This document shows positions 53,307 to 64,000 of a stretch of 64,000 nt of DNA, in pieces. A model generated the notes under the pieces. It did not search any database. It was given only the letters and a program-made list of their open reading frames with translations, and was not told the DNA's origin. The position numbers were made by a program, and so were the translations under genes. The stretch's first letter is position 1, and each line of letters opens with the position of its first letter. The stretch spans positions 7,410,485-7,474,484 of the forward strand of contig NC_134027.1 of NCBI RefSeq assembly GCF_964204645.1. Reading direction: 5' to 3'. Source of the DNA: Tubulanus polymorphus. Taxonomy: Eukaryota; Animalia; Nemertea.

Positions 53307-56300
53307 ATGGTATCAGCCAATACTTGCGCTAATACAACAATGTGTGAACTGCCCGACTCGCTGTGGGATGAGAGCGATGATTTCTCCGGCGATCAGCTCG
53401 AAAAGATCGATATCATGGCTTCGCAAGCATTAGGTATAGCTGATCAGAATAATGCATCATCGGTGCGTCCGAAAACGATGATAGCGACAGCCAGTTCTTC
53501 GCTGTCTGCTTCTGAAGGATACCATTCTTACAATGATGAATTCGGTGGATCGATGAAATCGAGATCGATACAATCTAACGTTCCACAGTTCAATAATTCA
53601 GCATTCAATTCCGGTTTAGTGTTGCGAAATAATGAGAGTAGAATTAGTACTCCCACTTTTCCATCCGTCAATAAGACTAATCAGCAACAACATGGACTCT
53701 ATTCAGAATCACTGGCGCAAGAAGTGCAAAGATTAAAAACAGAAGTACTTGGATACAAAGAACAGGTAAGCATGTCTGCTCCCTTCAGTACCCCTATAAT
53801 GGCGAGGACATAATATTTTCTAATATTGACATCAAATTGTAGCTCAAATGTGGAAATGGATCCTGAATCATTATTAAGGCTTTTCTATTTCACATTTATT
53901 CAAGATGAGACATATTAGAGTGGAAAATTATAGCAAAGATGGACAAATAAACATGCTTCGTCAGTCTTTAACTCAAAAAGAATCGGAACTCTTTCGTGTA
54001 AAACAAGAGAAATTAGATTCGTTAAGACTAAAGGATGGTGAATTATCAATGAAACAAAAAGAACTCGAATCGGAGTTGTCGAAAATGAAGACGGATATTT
54101 TATTCAAAGATCGTGAAATCGTTGAGCTTCAGACGACAAATAAAAATCTGGAGAAGCAAGTTCAAATTAATAACAATCACATCAGCGTACGCAGTCCTAA
54201 AGGTCCAATGCGTGATAGTCAGTCACCTAGACACAGTGGCAATTCACCGAGCAAATTCGGAGAAGTCGCAAATTTCCCTACTGCTCAATCATTCATCGGC
54301 GATTGTCTAAAATCTAAACCAGTTACAGACTCTCGTGGAGTTCAATGCGATGTGTCAATGGGTAATTCTCCACTTACTTCGAAAAGACCAATTAAACATA
54401 GAAAACATCACCTGCGATTGAAAATTTCGAGTGGTGAGTACTAAAAGCTGACAAAAGTGTCCATACAGATTTTGTGGGAGACACCCTGAAAATGATTGAT
54501 GACCCTAACGCTTGTAAATTATGGCCAGTCTTTTATGTTTTAATCAGATAGCATAGTCTTGCTGGGGTTGATCATGACCCACCGAGCAATTGCTTAAGAT
54601 CGTTTTCCATACATGGAAATGATGAAATTATCACTTATTTCTTGTTGTTGTAGGTGAAATTCCAGGTCCGTGTCTTGTGTCGAAGTTGTTGCCGAATTAT
54701 GATCATAGCAGTTCAAATTGTGGAATGATTGGATTGTTCAATGATCGATCTGAAACCGGCGTGTGTTCGAACCCCAACATTGAGAACAGGCTGTCGGCTT
54801 ATGAGGCGTTCCACGTTTTACTCAATTCTAAAAGCACCATCGCTTCGACCGTTGAATGTGGGCAGTATTGGTTTAACTGTCAAATAGCGGAGACTCTAAA
54901 AGTATTACCATCTATAAAGGATTATTTACAAAATTATATAAACTGTGTCGACTGTAGAAACAAACCATTATTACGAACTCAATCATCAACTGGTTCATTT
55001 CACGGTAGCAGTTTGGATAGTTTATCCGACCTAGTTGCTGGACATGCTTCGACCGATGATAACGCATTAGAAGTTGCTTGTGAATTAGCCAGAAATTCAT
55101 TACATGTGCTGCTGCAACTTGTAATTCATTGTCAACCAATACGAGACTGCCTGGTCTGTAATCGGGTCAGTATTACCCTTGTCTGATCATACATGTATCA
55201 TCTATTTTCGAAAACTTTAAAAAAAATATGATACGATATTTTCATGCATTCATTATTTTTCTTTTGTGTAGGATTCAACTTCTGATTTTTGTGGATCTTC
55301 GATTTTCAGCATTCTTCAAAAGTTGCTTTTGATGAAAAATGATGAGGTACTCGTATATTTTCTTCACTCGTAGAATGACCATTTGTGAATGATGAAAATG
55401 ATAGGCGAGGTTTTTCTTTCCTAGGGAATGACGAGTAAGGCTATTTTATCAGAGGAATGTTTGCAAGTACTCATTGCTTTAGCCAGGGAAAGTGCAACTA
55501 ATGACTTACAAAGGTATGATATTATCAACAATCACAAAAAAGAAACAATTCCTACATGTGTCTAATGGGTTGATATTTTTTACAGGTTCAGTTCATTGTT
55601 AGAAGATGGTACAGTTTTGGATTGTTTATTGTTATCGGATAAACCACAGTTTCTGATGAATACATTAAATTTGTTAAATTGTCTCCTTGCATCACCTTTA
55701 ATCGTGTCAACCCTCTGTGCTCCGTCAGGTAATTGATGTCTATATCACAAGTACATGAGTGAAAAGTTTTCATTTGTTCCTCAAATTTGTTTTAATTCAT
55801 TTGATTTTTGATTCATTCTTATAATCATAAACAGATAATTGTGTGTTGAGCTGTTTGTATGGGATCTGCATCAAACCATCACAATTCCCAGTGGAAAGTA
55901 CTACAGCAATCTCGCATAAGGTAAGGAATCTTGGCTAAAAGTACAATACCGGTAATAATCCTACTAAATCTAGATTTCGTTCTTACCCGGGGCTTAATGT
56001 ATGAAGAATATCATTTTGATCCAGATTTCTAGTGAATAAGATTTATTTTATCGGTACCTGAATGGTCCTGATTATGAAAAAGCTTTTTGGATTGGAAGTT
56101 TGAGTTTTCCATGTTTTCAGATTGTCTGTTTACTGATGTGTTTAGTGAGGCGGCATCGTTATGGCGCGTTGATGTTACTTCAAACTGAATGTCATTGTAG
56201 TTCCGAGGTACAGTTTTTTATATTTTAGGTAAAATTCGAATCTTTCTGAACATAGTGTCAACATTTTTCGTTTTCCTAAATTTAGGTGATAAAGGCAGTG

Positions 56301-56808
56301 TTCAGTCTGATGTATCGTGAGTTAAGAAATGACAGCGAACAGAGTCACCTAGTTCTACGGCACGGACTAATGCTGTTACACTGGTTCTCTGAATGGGATC
56401 AACACTTCGTCAAACATTCGGCAGCCGATGATCATAAATACATCAGTGTCATCAGTAAACTCGAAATGATCTACAAAAACCTTCCTAACATTCCCCACTA
56501 TGAGCGTAAGTTGATACACACCTGCCTGGGTTGTTTCTTCTAAAATCAGGAAACTGTTATATTCAATGGAGTTAGTGAACTACTTAATTGGTCAATGCAC
56601 ATTTTCTTTAACGTACAAACCCCAATTTTGATTGAGACAAAAAGACAATTGCTAAAGCCGACTATGTATAGGTATGATGAATTTGTCTCTTGATAAGATA
56701 TGTCTCGTTTCAGGTGAACTTTTACAGGATTTATGGGAATCGGCTGATGTTGAAGAGAATTCACAGGAGGAGGATTCAGTAACTCAAGTACCAATGGACA
56801 TCAGCTAG
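53307..56808 (+). CDS. ATRIP: ATR-interacting protein; exons approx 53307-53765, 53905-54433, 54654-55165, 55272-55346, 55425-55513, 55586-55728, 55834-55920, 56121-56207, 56286-56506, 56714-56808
   Basis: DDFSGDQLEKIDIMASQA resembles the ATRIP RPA-binding acidic helix; coiled coil KDGQINMLRQSL...LFKDREI; C-terminal helical region with CHCSSEVIKAV...LRHGLMLLH. Start codon uncertain. Confidence 0.85.
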
Positions 56809-57593
56809 GAAGCAAAAAATTCACTGAACTTTCAAAACACGTGCCTTCATTCCTGTTCCTATTAACAACTTTTTTAAGCTTAATGAAGGAAAACGTATTA
56901 GGTGTACCGGTAGCTCTGTCAAGTTATGCTCCTGGAAAAATCCGGCAAAGGTCATAGTGAATCAGACAGATACCGTTATTTACTTATGGAATGATTATTG
57001 TCTGATTGATTAAAACTACTTGTATCCATCTTTGTACATGTATACCAGTAACCTAAAAAGTGGATGGAATCTACTTTCCAATAAGCTAGTACTGGTAATA
57101 ACGGCAATGATTCAAAAAGTTTGTAATTAAAAACAAATCTGTGGTTTATAATTTTATGCTATTTTGAAAATAAATGTTTATTCAGCAAAATTAAAAGTTG
57201 TTTTGAGTGATGATGGTAAGTAAATACAAGCTTGTGCCATCCTCCGCCGATTGCTGTCGGTATCCTGATGATGTTTTCAATCAAGAACCCTTTGGTAAAT
57301 ACCAGAGATAAACCTGCCAGCCCTGATAATGAATGAGGAAGACTTGCAGTGCATTTACAATTTATAAATATTTGTTTATTTTCTACTTTTACAACAACAA
57401 AACATTTGCCAACTTCATGCAATACAAAGCCATTTTCTACAACAGAAAAACCTGATTCCTATCCAAGCAATCGTGAATGAATGAATTGACAAAAAACTGT
57501 ATCAGTAAGCTTCCAAACTCGATGCACTAATGATAGTTTGTAGTATATACATGAAAAGTTTTCCACACTAAAGTATCGTTGACATTATCACTA

Positions 57594-58269
57594 TTAAATG
57601 ATAATTTCCATATCTCCTAACTCTTCATCAGAAGGCAGGTTTATCCTTTCTACTGGAATTACATTTGGATCTACGAGGGGTAAGCCTAGTTCTTCGCGCC
57701 GTGCTAGTTCTAAAAACGCTTCTCTCTGCGCCCAGTTCTGTAATCTATTAAAAAGAGAAAAACGATACCATCAAATTTGGCTTTTCATGAAAATTCCTTC
57801 CGAAGTAGGTGGAAAATTAACTAACTTACTGAAAATCGGGTAGATATGCGAATATGAACGATCCACCGCAAAGGCATAGAGTTATTCCAGCAAACATGAT
57901 GATATTATGAGCCCATTCATCTTCATCTTTATCTGTTAAACTGTATCCATATGAGATCCAGTTCTGAAATGAAATTATTGTCATAAGGCATATGATGGCA
58001 ATAGTATAGAATGATTTAAATAAGTTATGGCTAACCTTGTGTTCTTCATCTGGTATCGCATCCGGATGAGGAAATACAATCTTCTCTTTCGTCTTCTCTA
58101 ACGCATCGGATGTAACACTGACAGCCTCTTTATTCTTCTGACTTGTAGAAATAAAACAAGCCGGAGCAGCTAAATTAGCCCGTTTATGTCGAGTGACACT
58201 GGCAGCAATAGTACCACCACAATTCCGACTAAATCGCAGTCCACCTACAAATCGAAGAAGCGACGCCAT
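57594..58269 (-). CDS. NDUFB11: Complex I subunit NDUFB11 (ESSS); exons 58269-58036, 57963-~57828, ~57743-57594
   Basis: Mitochondrial presequence; NWISYGY...DEDEW; TM IIMFAGITLCLCGGSFIFAYLPDF; WAQREAFLELARREELGLPLVDPN...INLPSDEEL. Confidence 0.93.
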
Positions 58270-58564
58270 CTTTAAGCAACGATCTCGAGATTGTGGATTG
58301 CGAGCAAACAATTCTCCAGCGCCGCGTCTCGCTACTGGTTGGACTAATTAAATCCATAAACCGCTGAATATTGATTGTCAGCGGGGCGTCTCCGGCGCTG
58401 ATTCTTCTGGCCAGAAAATATAAGAAAACCATTTCTTTTACACGGCTTTTGAAAATCTTATCCCTTATAAAGACGTTACATTAAGAATTATTCGAATATT
58501 TCAGAATTCGAAAAGTTTGAAATTATTTTGAGATTAGGCAAGGTGCCGGCTTCGGCTGCGTCCG

Positions 58565-58574
58565 GGGACTTTCC
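58565..58574 (+). promoter_or_regulatory. Perfect kappaB consensus site GGGACTTTCC
   Basis: Exact motif in the divergent NDUFB11 / methyltransferase intergenic region. Confidence 0.4.
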
Positions 58575-58854
58575 TTTCCACCGAATTAGGTGACCATCAC
58601 CAGTTTAAAGAAGCGCAATCAATGTAACAAACCGAAATGATAGTTTTATTTCGCCGAAGACGGCTACCAGATAGACCGGCGACGGGTGTATGCACGGCAG
58701 GGTCGACTATACTGTGCTTTCAAAATGGGTCACCCCTGGACCATTTTGACGACAACCCACGAGTCATATCATATCGAGTCATATCAGTTCAAGTTCAAGT
58801 TTATCGACTACTGTACTACCTAAAAATAGGTCACCCCTGGACCAGTTTGCTTCC

Positions 58855-58991
58855 TTTTAGCACTTCTCCTGGCGCCGACATGGAATCATTAAACATAACT
58901 AGCGAGCAAAGTTTTTACGAATTTTAGCACTTCTCCTGGCGCCGACATGGAATCATTGAACATAACTAGCGAGCAAAGTTTTTACGAATTT
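58855..58991 (+). repeat. 67-bp tandem duplication covering an acceptor and the start codon
   Basis: TTTTAGCACTTCTCCTGGCGCCGACATGGAATCATT(A/G)AAC...TACGAA repeated; ATGs at 58880 and 58947; one mismatch. Confidence 0.92.
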
Positions 58992-61531
58992 GTATTCACC
59001 AAAGTTCACCAATGCAACGGCCCAATTGAGTTGACTGAGCTGTACGATAAATGGGAATCATATGATAAGGTAAAATATACAGGTAAACTACATTACAGAC
59101 TTTAGGGGGAATAAAACAAATGACCGTTCATAAGTAATTTCAATAAAAAACTAAATTCCACCGAAAACCATCCGATATCTCCTTACTTTGTCTTAAAACA
59201 TGGGCGTAAAAATCATTACAATCTAGAACAAGGCTCTGGCCGCATCAACACTATAATGTATTTCAAAAACTCACTAATAGATCGCCTAAACCAAGAAATC
59301 ATACTTCAACAAAACCTTCATATTTGGAGTCTTAACAATATACTTATACATCTGGACGCAAGCGGACTGAATGCAGTAAACAGAATCACAATCGATACCA
59401 TTAGCGTAGTCTATTAATTAAACCCGACGCCATTTTCTTTTTTTAATTACACCTACATACTTCGATTTTGACACTTGAGGTATGTTCTGATATGGATCGA
59501 ACCGGAACGACGGTCTATCAATACGCATAGAACTGTCTGACCACTTTTGTTTTATTTCACCACATACGCATTACAGTAAGTTTACTGTTTCTGATGTTTT
59601 GACTGTAAACTCAGTCTCATTGCCGCGATAGCTGGAAAGCTGCCTCCTTTTTGGCTTCAGGATAGCAAGCTCAGTCTATTTGCGCGTGGTGGTGGCTGGA
59701 AAGTTGCCTCTTGACATCAGTCTCATTAAAAACTACCAAAAACCTAATCGTGACAATGTAAATAAAACCCGATGAAGACTGTATATTCGTAAGTGTACAA
59801 ATATGTATTCAATATTCACGTGCCTGTGCCGCTTTCTTACTGACGGTCCATCAATGCGCATAGCACTGTCCGTTTGATTGCGACGCATCCACAGACCTAC
59901 CTATGCACTGTATATTAGAAACACAAAACTGCTCCCGTGTAAAAACTTTTCCTTTTAGGCAAACTCAGCACCAGATGTGAAGTACCGATTGCGCTCCCCT
60001 TGACGGAGAAACCCATCCTCATCGGAGCTGCACCGTCGATGTCATAAACTACACTTCGGATACCCAAGGACCATATTCTCATCTGGAAAATTTGCGTTTC
60101 GAAATGTGCTTCCTTTCTATCTAGTCAACACGCGGAACAATCAACTTAGAGGACTTCTACATCAACATCATCTACCCGAGAAAAAAACCACAATAAACTA
60201 TCGGACTATTTACACGTAGAAAACGACCAAAAAAATATAAAAATGGACAAAATGATCTTCACCCTTGTAATTAGCTATTCCCAAAATCTTGATGTATTAA
60301 ATTAGGCAGCCAGAAAAATTCATCCCAATCAGTCGCTTGCCTGTTCAGACTGCTTGGAAGATTGTTTGAATGAACCGGAACCGAATTTCCAATTATGTAC
60401 TTCGATTTAAAAAAGAAAATTCTGTAAATTAGACCGCCGAGCAAACAACTATATCTGTACTTCGATTTCCGATTTCAAAATCAAACCCCCTGTTTCGCTC
60501 CCGGCAGGTGTGGTGGGTCTGTAAGGGACACTCGATCAAAAAATCTAACGAAATTTACAAACCAAATAAATAACAGGGACAATCCCTATTTTAAGATCAA
60601 ACATCGTTCAGACCTTGAATCATTTTTCTAGAGGATGTAAAGTCATATGGGCGCTATACTGCTCCACAGAGTTTGGTAAAGATTATAGAAATGTATGTGC
60701 AGGATAAAGATTGTAAAATTCTTGATGTTGGCGCCGGTACCGGGCTTCTCGGTGAGGAGGTAAAATTTTACACAGCATTTTCGTTTTTAATATGTTATAA
60801 AGTTTAACTATGGACTCTAAAGACGAAATTCTTTTTAAAAGTCGATGGTTTAACAATTCATGAAAATCACATCCATTAGGTATGGGTGGCAATTGCTGGT
60901 GGAATAGATATTTAATGACATAAATCATTTTGAATTACTTTTGCACTAGTTGCGGAAAGCAGGGTTCAAAGGTAGAATTGACGCCATTGAGCCCGCACCA
61001 GGAATGTTGAAACGAGCTGAAGAAAAAGGTTGTTATGAGAACTTTTACTCTGAGTATGTAACCGTTGAAAAACCGTGTTCTATTTCAACCGGTAAGGAGA
61101 ATATATCCAAGTTATTAAAATCTGAAAATAGCGATACTTTGAAAACATGCTTATTTAAAACAGGTTTTTACGACCACATTGTGACTTCTGGAGCCATTAT
61201 CCCCAGGCACATTGAATACCAGACATTGATTGAGTTGTTAAGAATGTGTAAAATAGGTAAACAGGCGTTTGGAAGGTTGAAAAACAACGAAACAATCATA
61301 CTTCCATCAAACGGGATCATAGCATTGGATTTGTTTTTTTTTGTTTCAGGTGGTTACGTTTTGGCCTGTTTTCGAAAAGATTATTTAGAGAAGGAACATT
61401 TCCGAGGTTTCGACGATTTTTTAGAAAAACTTCAACGCGATAGAAAATGTAAATCCGAAATCGTTGAGATCGACCAATATCATTTTTCTGATCCTGGCCT
61501 CGTAGTGGTTTTAGAGAAAACTTCCGAATAA
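58947..61531 (+). CDS. Class I SAM methyltransferase, METTL27/WBSCR27-like; exons 58947-59069 (or 59082), ~60632-60759, 60950-61091, 61164-61256, 61350-61531
   Basis: ELYDKWESYD N-terminal motif; KILDVGAGTGLLGEELRKAGF; IDAIEPAPGMLKRAEEKGCY; YDHIVTSG; ELLRMCKIGGYV. Confidence 0.82.
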
Positions 61532-61958
61532 ACTCCTCAAGATATTCGTCTTTGCAACATTTCTCAATATTTCCACTTCTGAATACTATCATAGAAATTT
61601 ACCGTCCACAAATACTGTAATCATCATTCATTTTTCCGAACGGGAGGCGAAGCTAAAGAATTACTAGCTCAGTGCTCAGTTCGTGATGTATCTGAGCGTT
61701 GAATGATAAATGGTATGCTGAATATGCTGTTGGGCTTAAAATAACGATCGACCTTAAAGTAATTCTGAATGATTGTTAGACAAAGGGCTTGACAACAAAT
61801 GACGAATTGTTTTTCATTACAGTTTTTGAATGCATATAAGATAAGGGTTGATCAACTATAATGGCACGAGGAAAAAGGTCTAAAACATATTTAAGCATGA
61901 AGCTCAAAAATCTGAAATCATTTTAAAACTTTTGTTCTTGTTGGTTATTGATTGAATA

Positions 61959-63135
61959 TTAAGTTTTCAAGGTCCCTGGGCCCTGTCGATATATCTTCTC
62001 TAACGGAGCTTGGTGTTTCCGGCGTAATAAGGTTGGATTAAGCTTTTCAAAACAATTACTCTTTTGTCTATAGTATGGTAAGGTGAACATCTTTTGCGTC
62101 GTTGTTCGGAACATATTATTCGTGAAGCAATAGACGATGAAATTGGCACAAGAATCGAGAACAGTTAAACCCATGCCAATTTTCCGTACCATCATCGAGG
62201 TGTGATAATCATATCCCTGTATTTCTATAATTCTGGCAAAAAAGGCCCTATCCAAAAACGACACCGACTCAAATAAGATATATATGATTACAACAGAAAT
62301 AACCATTCGAAGGACTTTACCTTGTTTTGTAGAATTCGAATTCGAATGAATATTTTTTGCGGTTTTGACCGTTTTTTGTAAAGTCAATGCAAGAATGAGA
62401 GATGTATTGGTGACGAGTAGAGAAATCATGGGGATAACGGAAAGATAAATGAAACCTACCCACGAGCTCATCTTCGCATTCCAGTCAAGTAGATAAGGAT
62501 TGCTATAATAGTAGGATAACTCATTAGATAGAATCCAGGTTCTCATTCCGGTACTCGAGCATCGGAACGCTTTCAACCCTTTGTTTGGCAGAAAAATAGG
62601 CAGAAATAAAACAAACGATACTAAATTCACGATAAATAGAATTAAGCGTAACTTTCGACAGCGACCAAAACAGCCGTGATTTCAGTGGAAACGTTACCAC
62701 AATTAACCTTTCGAAGCTCAACAGACCGACACACCAGTTCCTAATCGACTGAAAAACGTAGTAAAATCCGAGAGCAAACACGGTGAATTGCCAACCGAAA
62801 CCCCAGTCATCTTTACGGAATACGACATCTCCGACGACTGCGTAAACGTGCAGGGTCCGAAGAGGAAACATAATGAGAATGCAGAGCAAATACAGAAGGT
62901 CGTAGATAGCTACTACTTTGATAAGATAGTAAGATGCATTCGTCGCCATATATCGCAAAACTAGAAGCGTCAATCCGTTTAAAAGTACACCGAACAAGGA
63001 AGCTGGTCCGTAGAAACACGTGTACACTAGGACACTGAATACGTGATACTTATGGATGGGTAACACTTTCCATTTGTCGCAGATGTTGATAAATTCTTCC
63101 GATGAATCTGAATTATTCATCACGCTTGTATTCAT
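61959..63135 (-). pseudogene. Intronless class A peptide GPCR (FMRFamide/myosuppressin-receptor-like clade) with a single frameshift near 62650
   Basis: ORF 63135-62524 holds TM1-3 (GVLLNGLTLLVL, YDLLYL, SFERLIVVTFPL); ORF 62630-61959 holds TM4-7 (IPMISLLVTN, DSCANFIVYC, FR); removing 1 nt at GTTACGC joins them. Confidence 0.75.
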
Positions 63136-63389
63136 CGCACCAACTTTCTGGCATTCACAATGATTGTGACTGTTGTCGGCCGTGCCGTGGTTGAAAATCT
63201 CTAGCCTGATATGAAAACTTTTCGAGCAAATGAAATATAATAATGACCGTTAAAAAATCAAATCGATCATTGGTTAATCGTTCACACGCGCGAACAAAGA
63301 AATGATTAGGCATCTGGAAATCTTATTTTGATTTGGAAAATTGTCCGTGCGTGCGGAAAGGATTCCTTTTTAGAAATACAGCACTTTTA

Positions 63390-63741
<352 letters not shown>

Positions 63742-63850
63742 TGAATTGTCTTTCCTAGATAATCGGATCGACTGGCACATATTGCGAATAGTAATCTAGG
63801 GTAATATATTCAGGCCCACGTGAATAACCGTATACATATATACATATGCA

Positions 63851-63958
63851 ATGGAGAACGAAAGCGCTTACAAATCGCTGGTGAAAGAATTACAAGAGTC
63901 TACTGGCGACCCAGCTGAAGTTGCTGCAATCTATAACAAACGGACATCATACGATGAG
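63851..63958 (+). CDS. First coding exon of a second METTL27-like paralog (continues beyond window)
   Basis: MENESAYKSLVKELQESTGDPAEVAAIYNKRTSYDE|GT parallels exon 1 of the upstream gene (...ELYDKWESYDK|GT) with the same donor position. Confidence 0.55.
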
Positions 63959-64000
63959 GTAGTTTCCGACCGGCTATCATGAGACACCGATGACAACTGC

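Noticed and set aside
61664-61690. TAGCTCAGT tRNA A-box-like motif
   Set aside because: No cloverleaf or properly spaced T-loop follows.

Overview
Eukaryotic, AT-rich, intron-containing DNA from a compact invertebrate genome (gene content, repeats and TTAGGG suggest a lophotrochozoan; this is inference). Genes in order: 3' end of SNX14 (+); a three-coding-exon MBD4/MeCP2-family gene with no glycosylase domain (+); TR2/TR4 (NR2C) nuclear receptor (-), head-to-head with NEDD1 (+, with a U12-type intron); a small secreted prepropeptide with an atypical EGF-like module (-); a ~24-kb gene-poor tract with MITEs and long (TA)n; an intronless type-II-membrane FkbM methyltransferase (-), head-to-head with ATRIP (+); NDUFB11 (-); two METTL27-like methyltransferase paralogs (+) flanking a frameshifted intronless peptide GPCR (-). 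The most notable items are the MeCP2-like architecture of the MBD gene, the amidated EGF-like peptide precursor, and a nuclear-receptor half-site cluster inside the TR2/4 gene. Exon models were built by eye from splice signals and remembered homology; no database searches were run.
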